Source: the human T2T-CHM13v2.0 reference genome, Homo sapiens. Taken from it: a stretch of 64,000 bases of DNA. A program made the position numbers and the translations under genes. Each line of letters begins with the position of its first letter. Within the stretch, counting starts at the first letter, position 1. This document shows, piece by piece, positions 25,326-39,317 of this stretch. Where the stretch lies: NCBI RefSeq assembly GCF_009914755.1, contig NC_060925.1. The stretch is one strand, 5' to 3'. The notes under the pieces were generated by a model. It searched no databases and was not told the DNA's origin. It was given only the letters and a program-made list of their open reading frames with translations.

Positions 25326-28151
25326 TTATTTATTTATTTATTTTATTATACGTTAAGTTCTGGGGTGCATGTGCACAATGTGCAGGTTTGATATATAGGT
25401 ATAAATGTGCCATGTTGGTTTGTTGCACCCATCAACTCGTATTTACATTAGGTATTTCTCCTAATGCTATCCCTCTCCCCTCCCCCCACCCCCGACAGGC
25501 CCCAGTGTGTGATGTTCCCCGCCCTGTATCCAAGTGATCTCATGGTTCAGTTCCCACCTATGAGTGAGAACATGCAGTGTTTGGTTTTCTGTCCTTGTGA
25601 TAATTTGCTGAGAATGATGGTTTCCAGCTTCATCCATGTCCCTGCAAAGTTCATGAACTCATCCTTTTTTATGACTGCATAGTATTCCATGGTGTATATG
25701 TGCCACATTTTCTTAATCCAGTCTATCATTGATGGACATTTGGGTTGGTTCCCAGTCTTTGCTGTTGTGAATAGTGCCGCAATAAACATACGTGTGCATG
25801 TCTCTTTATAGTAGCATGATTTATAATCCTTTGGGTATATACCAAGTAATGGGATTGCTGAGTCAAATGGTAATTCTAGTTCTAGATCCTTGAGGAATTG
25901 CCACAATGTCTTCCACAATGATTGAACCAATTTACACTCCCACCAATAGTGTAAAAGTGTTCCTATTTATCCACATCCTCTCCAGCACCTGTTGTTTCCT
26001 GCCTTTTTAATGATTGCCATTCTAACTGGCATGAGATGGTATCTCATTCTGGTTTTGATTTGCATTTCTCTGATGACCAGTGATGATGAGCATTTTTTCA
26101 TGTGTCTCTTGGCTGCATAGATGTCTTCTTTTGAGATGTGTCTGTTCATATCCTCTGCCCGCTTTTTGGTGGGGTTTTTGTTTGTTTTTTTTCTTGTAAA
26201 TTTGTGTAAGTTCTTTGTAGATTCTGGATATTAGCCCTTTGTCAGATGGGTAGATTGCAAAAATTTTCTCCCATTCTGTAGGTTGCCTGTTCACTCTGAT
26301 GGTAGTTTCTTTTGCCTTGCAGAAGCTCTTTAATTTAATTAGATCCCATTTGTCAATTTTGGCTTTTGTTGCCGTTGCTTTTGGTGTTTTAGTCATGAAG
26401 TCCTTGCCCATGCCTATGTCCTGAATGGTACTGCCTAGGTTTTCTTCTAGGGTTTTTATGGTTTTAGGCCTAACATTTAAGTCTTTAATCCATCTTGAAT
26501 TAATTTTTGTATAAGGTGTAAGGAAGGGATCCAGTTTCAGCTTTCTGTATATGGCTAGCCAGTTTTCCCAGCACCATTTATTACATAGGGAATCCTTTCC
26601 CCATTTTTTGTTTTTATCAGGTTTGTCAAAAATCAGATGGTTGTGGATGTGTGGTATTATTTCTGAGGCCTCTGTTCTGTTCCATTGGCCTATATATCTG
26701 TTTTGGTACAAGTACCATGCTGTTTTGGTCACCGTAGCCTTGTAGTATAGTTTGAAGTCAGGTAGCATGATGCCTCTAGCTTTGTTCTTTTTGCTTAGGA
26801 TTGTCTTGGCAATGCGGGCTCTTTTTTGGTTCCATATAAACTTTAAAGTAGTTTTTTCCAATTCTGTGAAGAAAGTCATTGGTAGCTTCATGGGGATGGC
26901 ATTTAATCTATAAATTACTTTGGGCAGTATGGCCATTTTCACAATATTGATTGTTCCTATCCATGTGCATGGAATATTCTTCCATTTGTTTGTGTCCTCT
27001 TTAATTTCATCGAGCAGTGGTTTGTAGTTCTCCTTGAAGAGGTCCTTCACATCCCTGGTAAGTTGGATTCCTAGGTATTTTATTCCCTTTGTAGCAATTG
27101 TGAATAGGAGTTCACTCATGATTTGGCTCTCTGTTTGTCTGTTAATGGTGTATAGGAATGCCTGTGATTTTTGCAGATTGATTTTGTATCCTGCGACTTT
27201 GCCGAGGTTGCTTATCAGCTTAAGGAGATTTTGGGCTGAGACGATGGGGTTTTCTAAATATCCAATCATGTCATCTGCAAACAGGGACAATTTGACTTCC
27301 TCATTTCCTAATTGGATACCCTTTATTTCTTTCTCTTGCCTGATTATCCTGGCCAGAACTTCCAACACTATGTTGAATAGGAGTGGTGAGAGAGGGCATC
27401 CCTGTCTTGTGCTGGTTTTCAAAGGGATGCTTCCGGTTTTAGCCCATTCAGTATGATATTGGCTGTGGGTTTGTCATAAATAGCTCTTATTATTTTGAGA
27501 TACGTTCCATGAATACCTAGTTTATTGAGAGTATTTAGCATGAAGGGCTGTTGAATTTTGTCAAAGGCCTTTTCTGCATCTATTGAGATAATCATGTGGT
27601 TTTTGTCATTGGTTCTGTTTGTTTGATGGATTACGTTTATTGATTTGTGTATGTTGAACCAGCCTTGCATCACAGGGATGAAGCCAAGTTGATTGTGGTG
27701 CATAAGCTTTTTGATGTGCTGCTGGATTCGTTTTGCCAGTATTTTATTGAGGATTTTCGCATCGATGTTCATCAGGGATATTGGTCTAAAATTCTCTTTT
27801 TTTGTTGTGTCTCTGCCAGGCTTTGGTATCAGGATGATATTGGCCTTATAAAATGAGTTAGGGAGGATTCCCTCTTTTTCTACTATTGAAATAGTTTCAG
27901 AAGGAACGGTATTAGCTCCTCTTTGTACCTCTGTTAGAATTTGGCTGTGAATCCGTCTGGTCCTGGATTTTTTTTGTTGGTAGGCTATTAATTATTGCCT
28001 CAATTTCAGAGTCTGTTATTGGTCTATTCAGAGATTCACCTTCCTGGTTTAGTCTTCGGAGAGTGTATGTGTCCAGGAATTTATCTATTTTTTCTAGATT
28101 TTCTAGTTTATTTGCGTACAGGTGTTCATAGTATTCTCTGATGGTAGTTTG
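25326..28151 (-). mobile_element. 5'-truncated L1PA (approximately L1PA7/8), ORF2 RT and C-terminal region plus 3' UTR, frameshifted
   Basis: Minus-strand ORFs give ORF2p peptides ([13 protein letters not shown]..., [16 protein letters not shown]...LFADDM, ...MFIAALFT...); degenerate (TTAT)n tail at 25326-25348; TSD as above. Confidence 0.95.
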
Positions 28152-29460
28152 GAATACAAATTAATTTTTAAAGAATGTTGAGTCTTCTATTTTATTTTAT
28201 AAAAATTACAAAACATGATATAAAAATAAAAAATAAAATAGTTACATTTACTACTTAGTATTAATAATAAAACTGTTTGGTGGGTTAATTTATTTCAATC
28301 CAAGCTAACATATATTACTAAAGCAGATTTAAATAAATGATGCTTATGTGTAAGACACTGCTGGATATTATAAAAGACTTTAGAGTTCCTTTTATACCTG
28401 TAACACTAATTCCAATTATTATGTGAAATTTGGTATATAATTTTCCTAATGAGATGACATTATTATCATTACAAGTTTCACAGTATTTGTATAAATGTGT
28501 TACTAGACCAAATAATGTAAATCTGAGGCAAATCTTTGCATTTATAGAAACTAGAGCAACTTTAAATTCCAGATCCTCTTCCCTATAATGTTTTTAGTAG
28601 CTTTCTTCTAAGTGCTTTGCCAGTAGGACCTTTAGTAGCAGAAGTAATACTAATAAAGTAAGCAATTATAGTTCAAGCAGTCTTTCTGCCAAAAGTTCAT
28701 TCACATTTAAAGGAAAGTAGGAATGTTGGGTGTTTTTGAATTGTCTATGCCATTGCTTTCCAGACTGATTAAAACTGGCAGAAATTACTCAGATACTGTG
28801 AGGATGAATTTTGTAACCATCCCCATTCCCCACGCCTGATAGAACATCTAACACTAATTGGCTATTTTCAGAGGTTTGTGTATACCAGCAATAGTTGAGA
28901 ATGAATAGTTTCTCCTTTTTTTCCTATCACTTTCTGCCTAGATTGCTTTGTGATGGCTGTGATCTTCCTTTGCCTCTCTTTTCTATCTCTCCGCTCCTAT
29001 TATACTCCAGCCCCAATATGATTCTTGAGCATCACTTTTGTTTAGTCGTTCCTGTTTTTTTCCAAATCCATGATGATATCTCCTATTGCCAACTAAAATC
29101 TTCAGTTTAGCATGCAAATCTTACAAGTGTGGACCCAGCCTACTCTTCCAGCCTCACATCCAGTTATTCTCTCCTACACCAATGACAATGGTCTGTTTCT
29201 CACCAGAATATGCTTTGTACTTCTTTTTAAGCTTCAAAAGTTTTAGTATGTTATCTCCTTACTCCCTCTCCCAATAGCTGCACCTTCTGTAGTCTTTAAA
29301 TGAGTGCGTTTTATATTTATAAAGTCGTACTGTATATATAGTATTCGGTCTGATTATGGAGGATTTGAAAGCTAGTCAGATCCTAAAGCTAGTGAAAGTA
29401 GCCAAATGTTTTTGAGCAGGGGGTCAAAAACATTTATATATATTAATTATATAATTAATT

Positions 29461-29885
29461 ACATATATTAATTATGTAATTAATTACACATATTAATTAT
29501 GTAATGAATGACACATATTAATTATGTAATTAATGACACATATTAATTATGTAATGAATGACACATATTAATTATGTAATTAATGACACATATTAATTAT
29601 GTAATGAATGACACATATTAATTATGTAATGAATGACACATATTAATTATGTAATTAATGACACATATTAATTATGTAATTAATGACACATATTAATTAT
29701 GTAATTAATGACACAGATTAATTATGTAATTAATGACACATATTAATTATGTAATTAATGACACAGATTAATTATGTAATTAATGACACATATTATTATG
29801 TAATTAATTACACATATTAATTATGTAATTAATGACACATATTAATTATGTAATTAATTACACATATTAATTATGTAATTAATTA
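29461..29885. repeat. 25-bp AT-rich minisatellite, ~17 copies of ACACATATTAATTATGTAAT(T/G)AATG
   Basis: Clear 25-nt period with a few variant units (taatgaatg, acacagatt, taattaatt). Confidence 0.95.
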
Positions 29886-30236
29886 TGTAATTAATTATAT
29901 ATCAATCATATATTAATTACATATTAATTTATATTATATTAATATATTAATAATATATATTAATTATTAATTAATTAATAATTAATAATTAATAATATAT
30001 ATTAATTATATATGATTTATATATTAATTATATATAATTAATTTTATATATTAATTCTATATAGTTAATTATATATTAATTACAGTTAATATATATTAAT
30101 ATATAACTATATATTAATTATATATATTAATATATATTAATATATATATTAATTATATATTAATATATATTAATTATATATATTAATTATATATATTTAT
30201 ATAGTTATAAATATATTAATTATATATAATTAATAA
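29886..30236. repeat. Degenerate, almost purely AT low-complexity tract ((ATATATTAATT)n-like)
   Basis: Continuation of the minisatellite with very few G/C. Confidence 0.9.
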
Positions 30237-31154
30237 GGGAATATGTGATTAATCTGGCACTGATGTGTAAGAGACACTAGAAGAGTTAAAGATTAGCGTG
30301 GAAACCATTAAAGGAAGAGTCAAATTTCCCAGGATAGGTAGAACTGATGCCTGGGATGAGGAAGAGATATCAGGTATCAAAGTTAACAAATCTTGAGATA
30401 CAGATAATGACAGAATAAGGGAGATTATGAAGGAGAGCTGGTTTTAAGGAGGAATATGATTTAGATTTTAAATAGGTTTGGTTGCAATGATGATATAAAT
30501 ATGGACTTCAGATTAGAACCTGAGCATTAAGACTTATTTCTCAAATTCAGAATGGAATGCTTAGAGTTCTATTCAAATAAAAACGACAAAGTTGCATATT
30601 TATTAAGAAAGTATTTGTTGCTGGGAGAGTGGTTATAAATAAAGTACTATAAATAGTAAGGGTGATATTAGCATATACTTTGTTTCTAATATAATATTAA
30701 GTAACTATTGAATCACCTTTGACTAATTGTCATTGAATTAGCAATTAGTAATTGATTTTTTAAAAAACTTTTATTTTAAAATTTCATTTATTTTCTTTTT
30801 TTCACTTCTCCATTGTTCTTTTAGACCTTTTTTAAAGTGTCAGATTTATTGAGTATAATTTACATACAATAAAATTCATCTATTTTAGGCATATGGTTAT
30901 ATTAGTTTTGATGAATGTATAGAGTCATATAATCACTATCCCAATCAAAATACAGATTTCAAAAATCCCCCATAAAATTCCCTGGTTCCTCCCTGTAGAT
31001 TGGTGATCTTTTGAGAATGCAATTTCACCTTATAATGTATTTCAACGAAATAAAAGTTTTCAGTTTTAAACAATCAAATTATTATAGAAGTGGATTTTGG
31101 AGTATAGCCACGTCTTAAATTGGGGACCACATTTATTGATTTCTGATAGATTAA

Positions 31155-31250
31155 TTTTTATTTTCAGAGACAGGGTCTTGCTTTGTCACCCAGGCTGGAG
31201 TGCAGTGGTGACATCACAGCTCACTGCAGTCTTGAACTCCTGGGCTCATG
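31155..31250 (-). mobile_element. Alu fragment
   Basis: GAGACAGGGTCTTGCTTTGTCACCCAGGCTGGAGTGCAGTGG...GAACTCCTGGGCTCA. Confidence 0.8.
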
Positions 31251-33429
31251 GTAGCTTAATTTGAATTTCTTGTATTTAACTGAGCAATTTAAGAACAGGA
31301 CTTAATGTAAATCTACACTTTTACTTTCCTACTCCCTCCTCCCCTATCCTTTTTCCCATTTAATTTTCTGCCTAAAATCAGTTTCTTCTCATGATCTCTG
31401 TGTTGGGCTATGTATTCCTCCTGTATATGTTTCTTCCCTCATTCATAGCATTTATCACACTATTATAACTGATAGTTACTTGTCTGTCCCGTTAGTCTGT
31501 AAGTCTCACTGAGGTGCTTCATTGTCTTGATCATTATTTGATCCCTATCATCTAACTCAGTGATTGGCATAGTAGGTAATAGATATTTTCTGAATGTGTT
31601 TTTCTTGTCACCTAGACTCAAATACTTTAGAATAATATTAGACTCTTTAAAGCCTCTTCCTAAAAGAAAGAAAACCTAATTACCAAGTTTTATCAATTTT
31701 TCTTTCTTTATAATATTTTTTATATCCTCATCCATTCATTTTTATTTTCATATTCACTTCCTTGTCTGGGCTTTTTCGACCTAAGACCTGGGGTCCTTGG
31801 TTTCAGTCTTTTGTTTTTGTTTTTTATCTTGTATACTACTGCTATTTCAGTTTTGTGTAAATTTTTCTCTTATTCAGAAAGCTCAGTGGGATCTGTGTTG
31901 TTTACCACAGAAAATGTAAACTTATGTGTCTAGCATTCAAGACCTTTATCATTTATTTAAAAGGTTTTAGTGTCTGATAACTTCAAATGCACTGTGATGG
32001 GTGATTTGTTAGGCTGTGTAGTTTGTCCCCAACCCACTTTTCCTGTTATCTTTTTCTACTTCCCTACTTGAAATTTTCCACAGTGTCTAATTTGGTTGCT
32101 TACTTTTCTCTGAACATGCTTTTTGCTTTCCAGCCATTACTTGTGCTATTTCACTAATCTGGTATCTTCTTCTCTTCCATTTCTTTCTGAGTCTTACCCA
32201 AATCAAGTCCCACCTTCAACATCTTTGACCATTCTATTCCATAGAGCACTCCCTTTTGACCTCGTTTAGGGGATTTAACTATTTATGCTATTCATTTGTA
32301 ATACTGCCTTGTAGTCTTCTTCTTTCTCTTTTTTTAATTTATAAATATGCCATCTTCTTACACAAGATGGAAAGCACATGGAGTTTGAGGACCATTTCTT
32401 ACATGTGCTTGAATCTCCTGCTGTCTTTAACATAGGGCTTGTGCCTAGTGGTCCTCAATAAATATATATTTGATTAGAGTATTTAGACACCTGTTTGCAC
32501 TTATGTATAGAAAATTAATGAGAGAATATGATAGTGAATCATTTTATATCTGATAAAATTCCAAAATATAATGACTAGTACACTAAACTTTAGCATCTAT
32601 GAACAGAAGTGTTGTAGAACAACTTTAAAGATTTTAAAGTGAATTTTACAGGAACAATATATATTACAGTACATTTATCAAACACTTATTTTTTTGCTAC
32701 ATCATTGTTTTCCTGGAAGAAATTAATGTTGGCAGATAAAGCTATTATATAACTAAATATTTTGTAAAAACATTTGGCTTAACTAATGCAGTACTTGTTT
32801 AATTGATTTTTGATTTTTATAATTCTTATAATGTAAATAGTTTACATGATAAGTAAAAGTAAATATAGAGTTTAGGGGGCCCATTTTTAGGAAATTTTAA
32901 TCATACACATTATATAGGGATTTTCTACTTTTATCTTCAATATCCACATTAGCTTTATTAATTAAGGAGTCATATGACTGAAAGTCTCAATTGAGAAGTC
33001 ATTTATCGAATCTACATTCTGTACTCTTAAATCCTTATAGATGGGAAAAACCTGGGGACTCTACAGGTTAACTTATATTTTTATTACTCAGTTTGGGAGG
33101 AATAGAGGAATGAGGCCTTTTTATCTTTTAGAAGATCAGAACTGTTCAGAGTTCTGAACAGTTGTTTCATTTCAACTTGATATTGAGCAGTGAACTTTGT
33201 GATTATGCTTGGTGAGGGCAAGTAAACCAAATGGATAGGGCTTTAGGCATCTTTGTTGGAGAGAAAGTGTAAGAGGCTCTTTTGGGCTGGGGGTGTAGAG
33301 TGCAGGGCTAGGAGGAAGAGAAAGCATGGAGTTTTAGAAAAAAGAAAGATTGGGAATATCCCAAGAGCAAGACCTGTATTTTTGGAGAGTGGTTGGAGAC
33401 ATCTTTTTCTTCTTGGTTTGCAAAGAGAG

Positions 33430-33755
33430 TGATTGGTTTCCATTACTGCTGTAACAGATTCCCACAAATTCAATGGCATAAAACAACATAGATTTATTAT
33501 CTTACAGTTCTGGAGGTCAGAGGTCTAAGTGGGTATGGAGGGCTGCATTCCTTCTGGAGGCGCTAGGGAAGAATCCATTTTCTTGCCTTTTTAAGTTTCT
33601 AGAGCCTGCCTGCATTCCTTGGCTCATGGCCCCTTCTTCCATCTTCAGAGCGTTATCAGTCTAGCCTCTCCTTCCGTTGTCACATCTCCTTCTCTCACTT
33701 TGACCCTCCTACTACCCTCTTAGAAGGATCTTTGTGATGATACCGTGCAGTCCAA
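33430..33755 (-). mobile_element. MaLR LTR, MLT1-type (MLT1B/D-like)
   Basis: CTGCTGTAACAGATTCCCACAAATT...ATTTATTATCTTACAGTTCTGGAGGTCAGA...GCATTCCTTGGCTCATGGCCCCTTC. Confidence 0.7.
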
Positions 33756-36050
33756 AGGGATAGAATTAGAATTTGTGGGTGGAAATTACAGAGACAGATT
33801 TGTACTCACATTAAGGGAGAACTTTCTAACCATCAGCTGTAAGGATGGAGTGGGCAGTCTCAGAAAGCAGCAGCATGTCCTAGACATTGGCAGTGTTGAA
33901 TAGAGGATGAACAACCTCTTCCCAGAATTGTTGTAGATAGGATCTATAAACATTGGTGGGTCTACACGAGCCTTAGACCCTTGCCAACCCTGAGATCAAA
34001 TGATTCTCTATGCATAGCTCAGTGCTATTATAATTTGGATATGGAACAATCCCTGCCTTAAGGAATTCAACTTTTACTCCATTAGTTGCTGTATTGCTTT
34101 ATTGCCCCCTTTCAATACAACAGTAAACATAAGGCCTAAAAGAAAGACTGAAAACAAGGGCTGTAGATTTAGGAACCTACTGCTTAGACAATCAAACCTA
34201 CTTTTGTTTGATGAAGTTCTTTTGGGTTAAATATATTTTCACTTGTTTTGAATGACTCATTCTTCCATTCAGGTGAAAAATACTCAGACTTTTTAACAAT
34301 TTGAATGGATGGCATTCCTAAAAAGTTATGTGGAAAGGAGTTTGAATATTTAATCTTACACTTTTCCAAATAGGAGAAAAAAAATTTTTTGGAATTTAAC
34401 AGGCCTATGTGAAGGCTTTAGGTGAGGAACATAGCGTCCGTTCATCTGTGTTGAATATTTCATGGTTTTGATTATAACCAACCAATATGAACCAATTTCA
34501 GTAGTTTTAGTTGAGAGATCTAGTTAGTAGTTCACTTTCAGGTAGACTCAAAAAGCTTTTCTGTATCTCAGGGAATACAAGTCAAATGTCTGTACATGGG
34601 GGGAGTGGCTTTTATAAGCTGGTAGTCAGTGAATATTGCATTGGGAGAGCTGAAAAAGTTTATGTACTTTCAGACATCTCATAATGTATTATGTAGCAAA
34701 TTTGTTTTCTCCATACGTTTTTAATGACCTTATAGATTAAAACTTTTTTTTTTTGAGAGGGCTAACTGTATTTTTTTCTTGAAAGGTATTTTTGCTGAAA
34801 CAGAGTGAAATTGAACATATTTTCTAACCAGTCTGGCATAGTGCAGCATCATGGTATTTACCTTTTTTCCCTGAGGCTGTTGTGCCTCATGTTTTCTATT
34901 TAAGTATGACTTACTAATGATACACAAAAAATTTCCATGGTTTCTGTAGCTTCTTCCTTATACTTCAAGCCTGTCCCACATGGTAAATATGCTTAAGGGT
35001 CCTCTTAGATAAATCCAATGTCAAGTTAAAAATTTTGTGCTATTCATTTGACAGTGAAAAAGAGATAGTCCCATTTGAGGATATGACCAGAGTATAAATC
35101 ATTAAGTAATAGTATTAGAAAGGGCTTTGACAAGTTGTCTCATCTAACTCTCTGCTTTAAAGAGGCAAGTGACCTAATTCGTTAGTTTCCTCAAAATGCA
35201 GACTCTAAACCGAGGTTTCATAAAATCCAGGCTTTAGAGCCTTCAAGAACCCTCTGAAGCTGCATGCAAAATTTCTGTGATTGTGTCTTTTTATGGGATG
35301 AGGGTCCATCAACTTTTATGTATTCATTCATGAATTATTCCCTACCTTTCTTCAGTATTTTAATAAATGTTATGTGAAGCTTGTACCAGGTACTTGGACC
35401 ATACTCTTAATATATGATTCTCATAAACTTGATCTTTTGTTTTATCTACAGCCAGTAGGAAGTAGCCAATCTTAAAACAAGGAACCAGATATAAGGGACT
35501 ATGGCTCTGTAATTACTTCTGTATTTGCTTTGAGGTGTATTTCTGGACTGCTCTTGGATTCTTGCTATACGCTAATGTCTGAAACCACCTTGATTTTTTT
35601 TTTTTTCAATCTATATGTGTTTGGATTTGGCTTTGCTTACTGATTGTCTGATGTGGAATTTGGTGACCTGGATGCTGGACTGAGTGCTTTCTTAGAATTC
35701 ATGTTGTTTTTGGAATTTCACCTCTTATCATTAGTGTGAACTGACTTTAAAACTTTATGTAAAACATGCCCTGCCCATCTCTCTCTCTTTACCCTTTTAC
35801 TGACTGTAAGGGAGTAAGCTTAGATAGCAATTCTTGTTTTTTATTTAATTGGAACTTTTATTGAGCTAACTAAATTCACATGTAGTTATAAGAAATAATA
35901 GAGATCTTGTATACCTTTCCCTTAGTTTGCACCAATGGTAACATTCTTACAAAACTACAGTATAATATCACAGTCAGGATATTGACATTGATACCACCAA
36001 TCTTAACAGATTTCCCTAGTTTTACTTCTATTCATTTGTGCATGTGTATG

Positions 36051-38005
<1,955 letters not shown>

Positions 38006-38160
38006 TATGTATATTTAGTTCTATACAATGTTGCCATTTTTGTAGGTTTGTGTATCTAGCACCACAGACAAGATACAGAACAGTTCCATCACCAAAAGCG
38101 TCCCTCTTATTACTGCTCTTTTAGAACCATACCCACCTCTTTGCCACCCCTCCTTCCTAC

Positions 38161-38226
38161 CCCACATCCAGGAAGAATGACATTATGTGGGCAAAAACAA
38201 GAGCAGTCCAGAAATACACCTCAAAG
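38161..38226. other. Composite templated insertion (direct copy of 36829-36862 plus inverted copy of 35528-35556)
   Basis: 38161-38194 matches 36829-36862 at 32/34; 38198-38226 is the exact reverse complement of 35528-35556 (29/29). Confidence 0.85.
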
Positions 38227-38565
38227 TAACCACTAATCTGTTTTCTATTTCTATAATTTTGTCATTTCAAAACTGTTATCTCAATGGAATTATGTGATAT
38301 ATAACCTTTTGGGAATGGCATAATCTCCTTGACATTCATCCAAGTTGTTGCATGTAGCAATTATACCAATTTTTCATTACTGAGTAGTATTTTTGTTTAA
38401 CATTCACTTGTTGAAAGACATAGACTGATTCCAGTTTTTGGCTATTATGAATAAAGCTGGTATGAGCATTCATATAAAGGTTTTAATGTGACCATAAATT
38501 AAAAGGTAATATTGGCTCATGAGTTGGGAAACGTTCCCTCTTTTTCTATTTTCTAGAAGAGATTA

Positions 38566-38907
<342 letters not shown>

Positions 38908-38962
38908 CTGGTATTAATTTTTGTTTACATGTTTGGTAAAATTATCCAGTGAAATAGGCTAG

Positions 38963-39317
<355 letters not shown>

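Noticed and set aside
25547-27856. 466-aa reverse-transcriptase-like ORF and neighbours as a functional gene or novel RT system
   Set aside because: These are frameshifted fragments of L1 ORF2p in a 5'-truncated L1PA lacking a promoter, ORF1 and the endonuclease.
29461-29885. Regular 25-bp periodic array as CRISPR-like
   Set aside because: The units are contiguous with no unique spacers, the context is eukaryotic and there are no cas genes; it is a minisatellite.
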